A stretch of 63,110 bases of DNA, the filler included, from Kipferlia bialata (taxonomy: Eukaryota), in the NCBI GenBank assembly GCA_003568945.1. It is 8 parts of 8 records of this genome, joined end to end, with 100 filler letters (N's around TTAATTAATTAA, not from the genome) between each part and the next. Parts side by side here need not be neighbours in the genome. Positions count along the whole stretch, not along the records: positions 10,791 to 21,476 come from BDIP01001371.1; positions 21,577 to 32,255 come from BDIP01001372.1; 6 more parts are not named here. One strand, written 5' to 3'. Of this stretch, positions 10,825-25,140 are shown in pieces. The notes under the pieces are model-generated. The model made no database searches. It was not told the DNA's origin and saw only the letters and a program-made list of their open reading frames with translations. The position numbers were made by a program, and so were the translations under genes. Positions within the stretch are counted from its first letter, which is position 1; each line of letters starts with the position of its first letter.

Positions 10825-13521
10825 ATCTGCCTCTGAATGGGTTCAACAGCCTGGAGTCTGCCCTTCCTGCTGCCCTCAAGGAGTTGGTCGAGAACAGTGT
10901 GGACGCTGGTGCGACGCGCATCTCCATTGTGATCCAGCCCCCTCCCCCCCAGCTCCCCCTGAAGTACCCCCGGTCCCTTGGTGCCATTCTGCCAGAGAGA
11001 CAGGGCCAGTGCACCCTGGCAGAGATACCCGGCATGGCACATGTGGCACAGGGTGCAGAGGCACAGGGGGAGGAGGGGGTGGACCCAGTAGATGCGGTGC
11101 AGGTGACGGTGTCAGACAATGGTGAGTGGTTAGTGGTTGGATTGAGTGGACTACGCGGATATATGGTCTGTCCCACTAGTATCATAGATACTCTCCCTCA
11201 GTAGCTACCCTGCTATTATTTCTATCTCACTCTATATCCGCAGCCCCCCCCCCCCTTGCCGCTTCCTACTCTGCCTCACCCTGACTGCTCGTCTGAGCGT
11301 GAGCACCCTATATCTCTCTCCTGAGAGAGTCTCTCTCTCCCTCCCCCTCCCCCACCCCCACCCCCAGGCTCCGGCATGTCTGAGGCCAATCTCAAGAGGG
11401 CCATGCAGGCATTCGGCACATCCAAGGTATGAGATTCATTATTGACTTACTCATCATTGTGATGTGCTATATACACTATACCAGGAGACTGACTGCAAGG
11501 GAGCCCACCAGGCCCGTGCCTCTGCCGCTGAGGCTGGACAGACACAGGGGGACACAGGTATGTGTTCACATTATCATACACACACACTCTCTGTCTCTCT
11601 AGAGTATAGTATGAAAGTGCTCTCCCTGACCTTCAGATGCCGATGACCCTCCTGTAAATGATGGGTCTGTGGGTAGGTTTGGGGTGGGGCTGAAGTTTGC
11701 TCTTCTCTTTGCCCAGCTGAGCACTGGTCTGCCAGCCTCAGTCGACACCATAGAGATAGGGGGGCACGAGGAGAGGGAGAGAGAGAGACAGGAGGAGGGC
11801 GACGCAGACGGTAATCTGCTCGGAGAGCGTAGTGAGGGAGAGGGAGAGGGAGAGGCCAACTGGCGTCCCACTCGAGACACAAGAGTGTGGCATAGCTCCT
11901 ATGTCTCATTTGACCTCCAGAGTTATGAGACAGTGCTGATACCAACTGGTAGAAGGAACAGAGTCAGGTGCATACGTTTCAGTTGATATACATTCTCTCA
12001 TACATTGCCTTGTCTTTCCACGTATGCATGCCCTAACACCAGTGCCTCCCAGAGTGGCACCACTGTCACTGCCACATATCTCACGTGCGGTAGAGCACTA
12101 GAGTCAGTCAGGTAGCAGAGAGAGTGTATACATACATCCAGTGCATCAGTATCCACGACCCATACGGTAGCTTGCATTTGTATTGGACATGCTGACCCAG
12201 GCTGTATGCTCACAGTATTGCCATGCTGTGCCGCATGCAGGGCAACCCCATCGACATACAGGTGGGTGTATATATGTATATGTATATACCGTATGAATTT
12301 GTTGTCATATCCGTTAGTCTCTCTATGTACTTACCCCTCAGCTGAGATGCACGTGCAAGAGGGAGTCTCTGCTGGGTGCTGGCTACACAGACACCCTCAC
12401 CTCTGGACACACCCCTCAGTCCATAGCCCGTATCCTACCTGGCCTCATCCACAGACACACACACCATGCCACGGGGGGGATGCGCACTCAGGTAGTGCAG
12501 CAGCATTAAGAGTACTACAGATAGACATGCATGCACTCTCCATGTCCTTACCCCCAGGTGACAGGCACTGGGTCCCATGGGGGTGTGATGCTGCATGTGA
12601 TATGTGATATGGAGGAGTGTGCCCAGGGGGGTGGGGGGGAGGACAGTGTACCGTACCTAGTCCTGATGGGTGTGGGCACATGCCCTGTCAGACACCCTGA
12701 CCCACTCAAGCCCAGTCTCGTGGCAGCATCAGACTTCGGCGCAGCAGTGCCAGGTACAGTGGATATACGCAGAGCTACAACTAGTTTCTACACGACGGGT
12801 ATCCACTGCTTCTCCTCCCTCTCCCTTCCTCATCCCCCAGGTCTCTCCCCCCTCTTCAGAGATAGGGGTGTCCTCCCCCTTCCAGGGACTGATGCCACCC
12901 CCAGTGTGGAGGGCGGGTACCTGCTGTCTGGTGCTGTCACCCTCACCGACACCCACCGCCATGCCCTTCAGTCACACTCTAGACTCAGGCTGGTGTCCAT
13001 GGTGGTGGTTGTGTCAGTGCAGGCTCAGAGGGCAACGTTCACGTCATTCACTAAGGTGGGGGGATCATTACATATGACACAATATAGAAACATATGTCTC
13101 TGTACTATTCATTGTCAATGTGTATCTCACCCAGGACCGTCTGTCTGCCAACTTGTCCCCTGCTGTCAGGAGGTGTGTGTCACAGGCACTGGCATCAATG
13201 GCAGCTGAGACAGGGGGGCTGTTCAGAACAAAGGTACTACTTTGAGTCATTCTACACGATATGTATATACAGCTTACCATTCAGATTGAGACGCACACTG
13301 CATTCATGGCTGAGGTAGGTGCCCCAGCTGTCGCAGAGGACATAGCCACGTGTCTGTGCAACGTGGGGGCAGAGAGACTGGGCAGGATAGCCAGGGAGAC
13401 CGGGGAGACCGGGGGTGGAGGGGGTGTGTGGCAGGACACCCTATTGACCATGGTGGCCACAGGGGATAGGATGGGTATCAAGGCAATGCTGGAGGGGAGG
13501 CTCAGGGACACGCTCACGTGA
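10825..13521 (+). CDS. TOP6B: DNA topoisomerase VI subunit B-like GHKL ATPase (5'-partial, multi-exon)
   Basis: LPLNGFNSLESALPAALKELVENSVDA (N box with the Top6B-type GF prefix). VSDNG|SGM (G1, split by an intron), AFGTSK, GRFGVGLKFALLFAQLSTGLP (G2), SGTTVT (G3). Transducer motif TFTSFTK|DRLS followed by helices; stop TGA at 13521. Confidence 0.8.
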
Positions 13522-13912
13522 GAGACTCATATATGTGAGGAGTCTGGGTGCCATTTGGGCTAAGAGTGCACCCTGGTCCTTGTCGTTGATACCGGTGTGG
13601 TGTTCATATGTGTTATGATTCTGATACAACATACACATACTCTTTTCATATTTCATATATTTGTTCTAGTTACTCAATGTTGTTTATGTATAGTACACAC
13701 TGCTCCATCTTTAAAGACTTAATAGAATCGTTGCCCTGATACAGAGTACTATAGCTAGCAAGCGATGGGTGCTATCATTGATGTCTTATCAACGTGTATA
13801 TGCACACACTGTTCCTGCCCAGTCAATGGGGGTCGAAGTGACCCCAATCACATGAACGGCCGACGTTCAAGTTCAAGCAATCAGTGTCCTTTCTCTACAC
13901 ACTCTAACAACA

Positions 13913-16160
13913 ATGGCTGTCACTCGTACTGCTGTCGTGACTGGTATGTGGCGACGTGTATTCCGAATACCATCACGTAGTGCACTGACCGTGTCGCTAC
14001 ATATACCGACGACTCTGCACACTTGTCATCTTCCTTATGCCAGGTGCTTCCTCTGGCATTGGCCGTGCCATCGCCCTTGCCCTAGCTGAGGATGGATGTA
14101 CCACCCTTGTGCTGCAGGGCAGGAACAGGGAGAGGCTCGACGAGGTATCATAATCATATGTGTATAGCATGACTCACTGACTTGGCATCATTCATCCTGA
14201 CCCCAGGTTGCCGCTGAGATCTCTGGTGCCCACCCCTCTGCCACTGTGCACACCGCACAGCACGACCTGACTGTGGAGGTGTGTATGTATATATGTATGC
14301 ATTGTTGCTCTACCCATATGCAATCAGTGACATGACCCCAGGGTATCATGTATATATGTGAATACGTGTTGTATATGCACCAGTACACATGTATAATTAG
14401 TGGAGGTGTATATGCATGTATTGTAATGTACATGTGTCAGTGGCTCTGACCCCAGGGTATCTCTGCCTTCTGCGAGCAGACCAAGGGACTGTGCACTGAG
14501 GGGGTGGACGTGCTCGTCAACAACGTAGGTAGGGGGTATCGTGATACATAATAACACTTCTGTAACCTCTATCTCTGTCTCCCCCTCTCTACTCTCTCCC
14601 ACCCCCAGGCGGCGTTGACCCCTCCGCTGCCCTGCCCTGTGAGAGTGTCACATCAGAGGCATACGAGTCCATGATGCACCTCAACTTCAAGGTACACAAT
14701 GCACAATACAGAGTATATACACAACTCGGCATCTCTTCAATACTGTTTCTCTCTCCCTGTCTCTCCCCTTATGCCTCACCCCAGATCCCTGTCCTCGTGC
14801 TGTCTGGCCTCTCTGCCTCTCTCAATGAGGGGGGGTCTGTCCTGTTCATCTCCTCCCTCAATGCAACATCCCCAGAGGCAGGGGGGGGCCTGTACTGTGC
14901 TCCCAAGGCAGCAGTCAACATGTATGTATAGTGCCACTTATACATTATAGAGATAGTCTCCTTCTCCCTCGTTCTCACCATTCTCTCTCCCAACCCCATA
15001 GATATAGTACATAGTGTCGTAATATATATCGTAGAGATAGTCTCCCTCCCCTCTTCACCACCCTCCAGGTATGTCAAGTGTGCTATGTCAACATGTATGT
15101 GTGGTGCTATATATGACAGTGAGATAGACCCCCTCTCCCCCCAACCCCCAGGTATGTCAAGTGTGCTGCCCTCGACCTGGCCCCCAAGGTATGGATGTAT
15201 ATATGTACATATAGAGATCATGCTCACAACCTCTATATCAGTGCATGTGTTTATATTCCACACCATATTGTACCATACAATTTCTCTATACTCCCTCTGA
15301 CCCTCCAGGGCATCAGGGTCAGGAGCCTCAGTTTCAGTATGATACGGATAATAAGCTACCTCAGATACTATACTATATATATACTATACTATACTATGTA
15401 CTGTACTATTATTATATACTGACCCCCCAGGGCATCCGGGTCAACAGCTTGTCCCCAGGCTACTGCTCCACCAGGTTCCATGACCAGTACGTGGGATATT
15501 GTATATTTTCAGTGGACTACTCGTCGCCTATGTATGTCGTTGACGTGACTGGTGTGTGTGCCTTCTTGCTGTATATGATTATTTTCCCCCCTCACTGTAG
15601 GCTGATGCCTGCTGAGGTGCGTCAGGTCGTTGAGACCACAGGACTGGCTGCAGCCAATGCACTCAAGGGCATGATGACACCGGAGGTATATAAATGTATA
15701 TATATATATATATATATATATGCAGAATATGAGGATACTGGTACATACATGTGCAATGCACTCATGGCATGATGACGCCGGAGGTATGGTATAGAGGGAT
15801 ATGGCTATATATAGGATGGATATAGGATAGAGGTTACATACGTGTACAGTGCACCCAAGGGCATGATGACACCGGAGGTGTGTATGTAACAGTATATAAT
15901 ACATATACATATAACCTCCCTCGTCTGACCCCAGGACGTTGCCGCCAGTGCTGTGTTCCTGTGCTCAGACAGGGCAAGGATGATCACAGGCACCGATCTG
16001 CTGTGTGACGCTGGTCTGGGTGTCAACGCCAACGCAGGTAGGAGATATATATACCTTGTATATGGGTATATATCTGTCATTCTATTAGTATATTGCATTA
16101 CACATACGTCATCCTCGCAATACCAACCCAGGCACTGTCCTTGGCCTGGCACTGTCTTAA
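13913..16160 (+). CDS. Classical short-chain dehydrogenase/reductase
   Basis: MAVTRTAVVT|GASSGIGRAIA (TGxxxGIG), VDVLVNN, FISS, catalytic YCAPK, GIRVNSLSPG, MITGTDLLCDAG; last exon GTVLGLALS* ends TAA at 16160. Confidence 0.92.
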
Positions 16161-16593
16161 GTGGCATGGAGATATAGCGACAGAGTATACAATCTGTCCT
16201 AGAGGGTATGCCGAAGGGTATTCCTATGTGTATCAGATGTGTCGTAGGAGTAGAGAATGAGAATTTGGTAGGAATCTGAATAGACAGTGATGTCACGAGC
16301 TTGAGTGACAGTGTGGGACACTTGGTTCTATGCCTAGTAGACTCTGTGTACATGCGGTACTGTGTAAAAACCCCATTCTACTGAGTAATTGTGTGTTCTC
16401 CAAAGATCAAGTCAACAACTACACACGATATGAATACAAAGTGGTGTCTATTGGTACAGCACAGGATGCCAGGGCATCAATGGTACCAGTATCCAGTATA
16501 TCCACTGGAGACTAGCCAATATGCATAGAACACAACCACACAGACTCTGCCACAGTCTGTCTAGTCCCATGACTCTAGATGCCACACTCCAGT

Positions 16594-17843
16594 CTAGATG
16601 GCACTGCCCGGTCTGCTGGCTGGGATGTCCACACCCACGCCCTCGTGCACCATGCCTGGGGGGTCAGGGTATATACTATACATATACCATGTACAAAATA
16701 CACTATACATAATAGGGTGCACACTACATATACAAGACTCCCTCGTGCACCATGCCTGGGATGGGTACACATGTACCATACATACAGTACATACATATAT
16801 ATACATATATATATATGTATGTATGTCCACACCCACCGGTGTCTGCTTCCTGCTCGTACTGTGTGAGTACACTACTCCTCTCCCAATATATATGTACTCC
16901 TCTCTCTCTATCTATCCATATATATATATATATATATGTAAATACCTGTGTCTGCGTCCTGTTCGTACTGTGTGAGCACACTGGGGTTGTAGTCTGGGCA
17001 CTCACAGAACTGGAGGAACAGGGCAAGGAGTCTCTTGCGCATCCCCTGGGAGTCAGAATGTGTGCCAAACAGTACACTATTGTTATGGTGCTACAATCTA
17101 GAAGTCCACTATCCAGAGTGGCCACGGTCTTGGACATGTACATACCTTGAATGTCCATGCTGGTCTGTCCCTGGACAGCATATCAGCCTCCCTGGAGGTA
17201 AGATGGAGAGAGTGTATATGATAGTGAGATGAAGAAATACTAAATACGATTGAATGATCCAGTCACGAAATATACTATGTATCATTGAAAATGTGTAATG
17301 CTACTGAATGATTCTTAAGATACACTCCCTCATACCTGTCAATCAGGGCTATGATGTCCCTGGTCAAAGCACTGTCAAACTCCTTGACAGTCCACTTGAC
17401 ATGCAGCAGCGTGTCCAGCCTGGGATAAGGGTATGTAGTGGATACACAAATACCATACTAACACATATATACTATGCGTACAGAAAGTATATAGACCCCT
17501 ATACGGCGTAACCGTTGATGGACTAGCTGTGAACAGTGCCAAGTGTATAGAGTATATACATATATACTCTCTCTCTCTCTCTCTGTATACCTCGTATCCG
17601 TTGATGGACTGGATGTGGACAGTGCCATGTGGAGTATAGTGTGGTATACATATACTCTATATATACCCTACATGTATATATATAATAGTATATACCTCGT
17701 GTCAGTGGATGGCCTGGCTGTGGACAGTGCCATGTGTAGTATATGTATATATATATATGCATATGTATATATAAATGGGTGTGTATATATATATACCTCA
17801 TATCTGTGGATACACTGGCTGTGGACAGTGCCATGTACATATA

Positions 17844-17874
<31 letters not shown>

Positions 17875-20862
17875 CTCTCTGTATACCTCGTGTCTGTGGA
17901 TGGACTGGCTGTGGACAGTGCCATGTGCAGGTCCCTCAGGTCAGCAGCCCTCTGGGTATAGGGGGTGTGCACATTCACAATGGACCCTGGGGGTGAGATG
18001 GTAAACATAACGTATATATAGTAGAATACATACTCAGCTTGTATTGGCCATTCACAATGGAGCCTATGGGTGTGGCAGTCACATATATATAGTTAGTAAC
18101 TAGCAGTATAATGCATACTGACACCCACCGTCTCTCAATGGCCATCTTAGGGGTGCAGCCATGCCGTCCAGGAAAGAGGTGATGCGGTCCCTGGGGGTGA
18201 GGGATAGACAGGGGATAGATATACACAACATACACAATATGTCCCCACCTGCTATTGGCCTTGTCTGCCTCTATCCTCAGCAGCTCCACACGCTGCAGAA
18301 GCTCAACCTGAGGGTCAGGGGCATGGTTAGTGGTATACATATATGTACACTGTACATGTATACACACCTCTTTGTCCAAGAGTAGTCTCAGTGCGGCATG
18401 CCTCTGGTCTGGGTCAAAGTTGGCAGCATCAATGTCGGCACGCTGGGGTGAGTCGAACATATACAGATTTAATACAGATTCAAATACTACTGTAGTACTG
18501 CAGATATATACATGTATGTATATATATGTGTGTATGTATACCCACCCGCTGATCTAGCCAGTCGGTGAGCTCTGCCCTGACAATAAATCACTGTATATAC
18601 TATATACACACATTCACTAACTCGTATACTCATACATATACACCTATATACTCATGTACAATAGGCATATACCTGCTGGTCGAGCCAGTCTGTGAGCTCT
18701 GCCCTGATCAGGTCAAAGTCAGCACGGGTGCGGGGGTGCATACGTCTGGGGTGGGGAGGTATATACTAAAGGAGTATAATAGTATATGACATACTCTCTC
18801 TCTCTCTCTGTGTGTTTGTTTGTGTATATATGTATCCATGCCCACCCACCTAGTCATCTCCGCCAGCCTCTCTGCCTCCATCCTGTCCAGCTGTTCCTGC
18901 TCTCTCTCCTGCTCAATGGTCTCTCTCTCCTCCCTCTCAAGGTACAGCCTGGGGGGTCAGAAAGCAATACATATAAAACAGAGTAGATGTCATTTACTAT
19001 TATCCATATGTCCCTCACCTCTCGTACTCCCTCATGGCCAGCTTCCTCCTCCACACGATATATACGCCACATATATACATGATACACTTATATATGCTCG
19101 AGTATATATAGTAAATATACACACTGTATAAACCAGCATGATCCATACCTCTCGTACTCCCTCATGGCCAGCCTCCGCCTCCACATGCTCTGCACCACAA
19201 TGGCAGCCTCATAGACCTTCTCCTCATGGGCATCACTGGGGTCAGAGAGACTATAGGCATACACACACATATATATACATAGATACATATCCTCTAATAT
19301 TAAATCATACACATTCTCCTTGTGGGCATCACTGGAGGTTAGAGAGAGAGTATGTGAACACATCAGATTAACACTATTTCTCCTGATGAGCTTCATTCTG
19401 AGATCCTATATATATAAATATCACTGTCGATACCTTGTCTCGTATCTGGTGACACTGCCTATCACATCACTAAGAGTATGAATATATATATATATATACT
19501 AAGGCATATATAATTACATGTCCTCATTTACCTTGTCTCGTATCTGGTGGCACTGCCTATCACCTCTCTACCCTCGGCCGAAGGGAGGATGTCCTGGGGT
19601 GAGGAGGGGAATGGGAGTCAGATGTAGTTAGTATACTTAGCATATATGGGAAGGGAGGATGCCCTGAGGTGGCCTAGCCACTGCCACCCTACCTCCCTGG
19701 GCGGATGTATGGATGTCTCTCTACTCTACAATGCCCATAACCCATAGTCTTATCCGCATATGTACACTCATCCCTGTCTCCCTACCTCCCTGGGTGGCTG
19801 TATGGCTGCCTCCCTATTAGTCTGCTGCATGGCCTGACCCAGCTCACGGGTCTGGGACTCCCTGGACGTTAGGATATAAGTTATATCATATAACCAGGGG
19901 ATATATATAATCTATAGCACACTAACGGGTCTGGGACTCCCTGAGTATTAGTGTGTGTATATATATAGTGCAGTAGGATATAGAAGAAGGTGGGGGGGGC
20001 AGCTCATGTGTCTGGGACTCCCTGGTTCTATTGGTATATATAATGCATGTGATACATATGTCTATTAACGAGAGAGAAACAGAGAGACTGCATGCACCTG
20101 CTAATGGGTCTGAGGCATTACAGGAACTAGACAATGGAGAGAAGAGGGAAGGGGGTGAGGGGGGGGGGGGGGCAGTCAGACAGAGTGACAATGCATACAC
20201 ACACACATATATATACCCATACCTAGTGAGCTGCGTGGGTCTCTTGTATGCCTCCCCTCTGCTGTGTGCTATGCGTCTGGCACTGCGGTTCAGCACCCTG
20301 AGCGTCAGAGACATACATATAGGTAACACTGCAAGCAACCTGATGCGGCCAGGGAGGGAAGGGAGACTGATAGGGATACCCATTCTCCATATGCATACCT
20401 TGTGATCTCTGTCTGGGTGCACGCGTGGTAGTACTCCACACCTGGGTGAGAGAGTGAACCAATATATATCATAGAGTATCTCTCCAGGACACCACATACA
20501 CCCACCTGTCTCCTTGTTCCTGAACCCCCCGTAGAATGGCCTGGCCTCTGGCATGGGGGCAGTGCCTATAGGTGAGTGATGATATATGCATATATTTACA
20601 ATATACATATATACTAATGTACACTGTTACTGTGCCCACACCACCTGGGTGAGTACTATGTAACTGATATTATATACATTACTACTGTATCTGCCCCACC
20701 TGACACACCGACTGACGTAGACGCAGAGGCAGAGGCAGAGGAAGGGGCACCCCCACTCACAGGCCTCTCCTGCTGCCCCTCATCCACAGACACAGACGGA
20801 CGCACAGCCCCAGAGGAGTGGGGGGGAGACGTCGGAATGGTAGCCGGCTCGCCTGCCTCCAT
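16594..20862 (-). CDS. IQUB: IQ motif and ubiquitin-like domain-containing ciliary protein (IQUB/FAP253-like)
   Basis: PFYGGFRNKETGVEYYHACTQT, IQ motif AAIVVQSMWRRRLA, RMHPRTRADFDLI, LLDKEVELL and C-terminal GMRKRLLALFLQFCECPDYNP all match IQUB family blocks. Confidence 0.85.
17500..17930 (-). repeat. Exon 3'-half echo array in an IQUB intron (4 clear copies plus 1 decayed)
   Basis: Plus-strand TACCTCGTGTCTGTGGATGGACTGGCTGTGGACAGTGCCATGT variants at ~17588, ~17693, ~17794 and ~17884. Confidence 0.9.
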
Positions 20863-21030
20863 CGCTTGTCGTGACACTAGGTAACACGGCAAGGATGTGA
20901 GTGGAAAGGTGATTGTGCCTGCCGAAATCCGTCACTGACGGACGTCAGAATTTTTGTCTCGAGAGCTGGACCCTTTCTCCATCGAGACTATTGTGTTCTG
21001 AGACACGTCTACTCTTCCACGCACTGTAAG
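20863..21030. promoter_or_regulatory. Short bidirectional promoter between IQUB and CWC27 (similar divergent gaps at 29119-29251, 31841-31976, 34666-35078, 41448-41651, 44919-45095)
   Basis: Head-to-head start codons are separated by only 168 nt. The gap lacks microsatellites and contains the palindrome CCGTCACTGACGG and the motifs TTTTTGTC and ACCCTT. Confidence 0.6.
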
Positions 21031-21132
21031 ATGTCTGCTTTCGGTGCCGAGCCTCCCACCACTGGGGTGGTAGTGCTACATACCACGATGGGTGACATCC
21101 AGTGTGAGCTGTGGTGCAAGGAGTGCCCCTTG
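21031..21132 (+). CDS. CWC27: Spliceosomal cyclophilin CWC27, first exon only (contig ends)
   Basis: MSAFGAEPPTTGVVVLHTTMGDIQCELWCKECPL matches the CWC27 N-terminus EPPTxGKVxLxTTxGDIDIELWxKExP; donor GTACGT follows. Confidence 0.85.
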
Positions 21133-21266
21133 GTACGTATCCATGTGATTGTGTATTGTATCTATTGAGAGAGGTGGATGGTTAGCATGTTGGCTGTTGT
21201 GATCTCCCAGGGTACAGTGGGGTATCTGCTCTTACGGAAGCTCGAACCCATCCCCTTAATACAACC

Positions 21267-21300
<34 letters not shown>

Positions 21301-21576
21301 ACCCCTCCCTTTCTCTCTCTATTATTATATGTATGTGTGTATGCCCTCCTTGCCCCCCCCCCCCCCTCCCTCCCCCCACCACCACAGCCTTGGGGTGGCC
21401 ATTGCTCAGCCCGTTAGTCCAACGAACGGGAACAAACGTCAGAAGCGTTTCACACCGTCTTAGGGCAAATCGCCTTNNNNNNNNNNNNNNNNNNNNNNNN
21501 NNNNNNNNNNNNNNNNNNNNTTAATTAATTAANNNNNNNNNNNNNNNNNNNNNNNNNNNNNNNNNNNNNNNNNNNN

Positions 21577-22902
21577 GGGTGGTGCTTCCTCTTGGCCTGC
21601 CTCTTGGACCGGGGGGCCTTGCCTCGCACCTGGGGGTCAGGGACATTGTGCATACAAACAGTATCCGGTATATCTCTCTCCTTTCATCTCTATGAATATA
21701 TATTGATGTATACCTGTCTCTTTCCGCCCAGCTCGAGTGATGCAAACTGCTTCCTGGCCTCAGCCGTGTACCTCCTGTTGAGGTTCCTCTGGTGCAGCGG
21801 GATGTATGCAAAGGGCATCTCACCCTACGTATCAGTAAGAGAATATGTGGAGATTATGACAGCATACTGTAGCAGATGGCTGGAAGGTGTGTGTGACTGT
21901 GAATGAATTGTGTTTGTACTAACTCAGGTATTGATAGGGCCGCATCATACCTGGTTGCGCCCCACAATGTCTCCGCCTGCCCTCTCCGACTTGTACTCAC
22001 TGCCAGTGCGCATGCGGGGGTCGGTGGTCTTGGACATCTGGGGGGTGAGGCCATACACACATAAATATATATATTATTGAGAGAGAGAGCGGGTGTGTCT
22101 GTACCTTCTTGATGATGTCTCCAAAGATGCCCTTTCCTCTCTTCATGCCGGATTGCTGCAGAAGCTTCTCAAGCACATCAGTCTGGGCCTGGGGGTCAGG
22201 GGATGCAATGCACCACTACTAATATATTGATTATATACTCATACAATACCTGGGCCACTGCGAGGAATGCCGACTTTGGCTTGTCTGCCTCCCCATCGTC
22301 CTTGGACCTGGAGGGGCCGGGGGCAGAGGCAGAGGTGGTCTGGGGTAAGGGAAGACATATAGAGGGAGACACGTTGAGAGTGTGTGTGCGCATATACAGC
22401 TAGTACATGTGCGTACCCTCTCGTCCTCGTCCTCCCCCTCCTCAGCATCCTCGTCAAGCACCAGCCTGCCGTCCTCGCCCTTCTCCATCTGGACACCAAC
22501 CACATCCTCGTGGGAGTCACGGGTCCTAGGGGTGAGATATAAGAAAATCAATATTTAAGAGAGAGAGAGAGTATGTAGTAGATGCACATAGGTATATACC
22601 TGGGCCTCCTCATGGCACCCACTTCGATATATCTGTGCACACACATATATGATATCAATACTAATACAACTGTGTACCTGGGCCTCCTCATGGCACCCAC
22701 GTCCACCTGCTCTGCCAGGGTTGGGCCTCTGAGGGCTGTGTTGCACAGGCCCTTCTTGACAAGGGCCTTGCAGACCTGGGGTCAACACACGCTTCATTAT
22801 GTAACGCAATATTGCTATTATACTTGCAATTGATACTTACACTATACACTAAAGTGTACCTTGACGAGCTCCTCTGCCTTCTCCTCTCTCACACACTCTC
22901 AT

Positions 22903-22943
<41 letters not shown>

Positions 22944-25096
22944 TAAGTGTATATGTACCTTGACGAGCTCCTCTGCCTTCTCCTCACACCTCCTCAGGTT
23001 CTGCACAGCGGCCAGGAGGCGCTCTCCGCCTATCCTGCCACCCACACGGCCCAGGACACGCTTGACACCTGAGGTGAGTATACAACAGCATAGCCTAGCA
23101 TGTACACAATAATTCACGCATAGTGTATATACTATGTATGAAAGACACATACCTGGTGCCGAGTGTGCGTTCTGGAGTGCTGCCATGAGTGCGGGGAGTA
23201 GGGAGGGTAGGTGCTGGGGCACTGCCCTGGAGGGTACTACCAGGAGGTAGAGGGACACAAGGGTCAGACAGGACCTGGGTGTGAGGGAAAAGAAACAAAT
23301 GACACTGAAAGAGAGAGAGAGAGAGATACCTGACGACAGTGGATAGAGACTCTCTATGATGAGTGATTATAGCTATGTATATATCAATATACCTGACGAT
23401 AGTGGCGTCTGGGGATGACAGCAGGGTGACTGCGATGGGGAACGTGGCAGCAAAGGCCACCTCGGCAGGGGACTCCCCGGCTGATCCCTCCTCAGAGGCC
23501 TCCAAGGGGGTGGTGTCAATGTCAGCCTGGGGGTGGGGCATATACTATGTAGAGTGGTAGAGTATGTAGTTAAAAAATATATACCTTGTGTGCCAGGTAG
23601 ACGTCGAGCTCCAGCCTGGCTATGCATGCCAGGGCACCAGACACTGCCACAGAGTCAGTCTCCAGACAGCCTCCGGCACACACCTCACACACCCTGCCCA
23701 CACGCCTCTCCTCACTGCCTGGGGGGTGAGGATATAGTGTATACACAAGGATTATATTGTGTATATACAGTATAGTGAGTGAATACCTAGCACTGGACCG
23801 GCGGACTCAATAGAGAGAGACTACATCAAGCATATATGAGTATTTATACAGTATATATAGTGCATACCTAGCACTGCGTCAGCAGACTGAATAAAGAAAG
23901 ACTGAGCGTATATGAGTATATATATAGTATATACCTAGCACTGGGCCGGCCTGGTCCAGGACATACCCCCCAGTGGAGGATGTGTATATGCCACTCAGCA
24001 GCTGGAATGCAGCCTGTCTGGTCTTGACAGCGGGGTTCTTGCACCCTGGGGTCAGATGTATACATAGAAGTATATATACATGTCTATAGCTGGGTTCTTG
24101 CACCCTGGGGGTCAGGTATTTGATTACTCTAATACCATATAGTCAATAGACTCATAATGAGACTTCATTTTGACGCATGCATATACGCACTAGAATACCT
24201 GTGAGTGCCTCTCCCACAAATGTCACCATCTGGGAGTCCCAGTCAGTCTCCTGGGGGTGAGGAAAACACACACATTGATACATATATGAATATACACTCT
24301 AACCCATAATGACTGTACCTTGATCTGAGCGGCGTGTGCGGGCAGTGCCTTGAAGCATGCGGCCAGGAGCAGCAGTCTCTCCCTGGTGGCCTGGGGGGGG
24401 CACATGGTCTGGGGGTGAGGACATATAATACTTTACAATGGTCAAGGGATCTGGACATATATAAGAACTCTTTCTATAGAGTCAAATATATATACATTCA
24501 TATATAAATATATGTATATATGTATCTATGTATACACTACCTGTGCTTCCTCGAGTGTGCCCATCAGGTGCTGCACCTCTCNNNNNNNNNNNNNNNNNNN
24601 NNNNNNNNNNNNNNNNNNNNNNNNNNNNNNNNNNNNNNNNNNNNNNNNNNNNNNNNNNNNNNNNNNNNNNNNNNNNNNNNNNNNNNNNNNNNNNNNNNNN
24701 NNNNNNNNNNNNNNNNNNNNNNNNNNNNNNNNNNNNNNNNNNNNNNNNNNNNNNNNNNNNNNNNNNNNNNNNNNNNNNNNNNNNNNNNNNNNNNNNNNNN
24801 NNNNNNNNNNNNNNNNNNNNNNNNNNNNNNNNNNNNNNNNNNNNNNNNNNNNNNNNNNNNNNNNNNNNNNNNNNNNNNNNNNNNNNNNNNNNNNNNNNNN
24901 NNNNNNNNNNNNNNNNNNNNNNNNNNNNNNNNNNNNNNNNNNNNNNNNNNNNNNNNNNNNNNNNNNNNNNNNNNNNNNNNNNNNNNNNNNNNNNNNNNNN
25001 NNNNNNNNNNNNNNNNNNNNNNNNNNNNNNNNNNNNNNNNNNNNNNNNNNNNNNNNNNNNNNNNNNNNNNNNNNNNNNNNNNNNNNGACAGAGAGA

Positions 25097-25140
<44 letters not shown>

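Noticed and set aside
21390..21476. Compositionally odd contig tail after poly-C tracts
   Set aside because: Most likely low-quality sequence following homopolymers; no recognisable RNA or coding motif.
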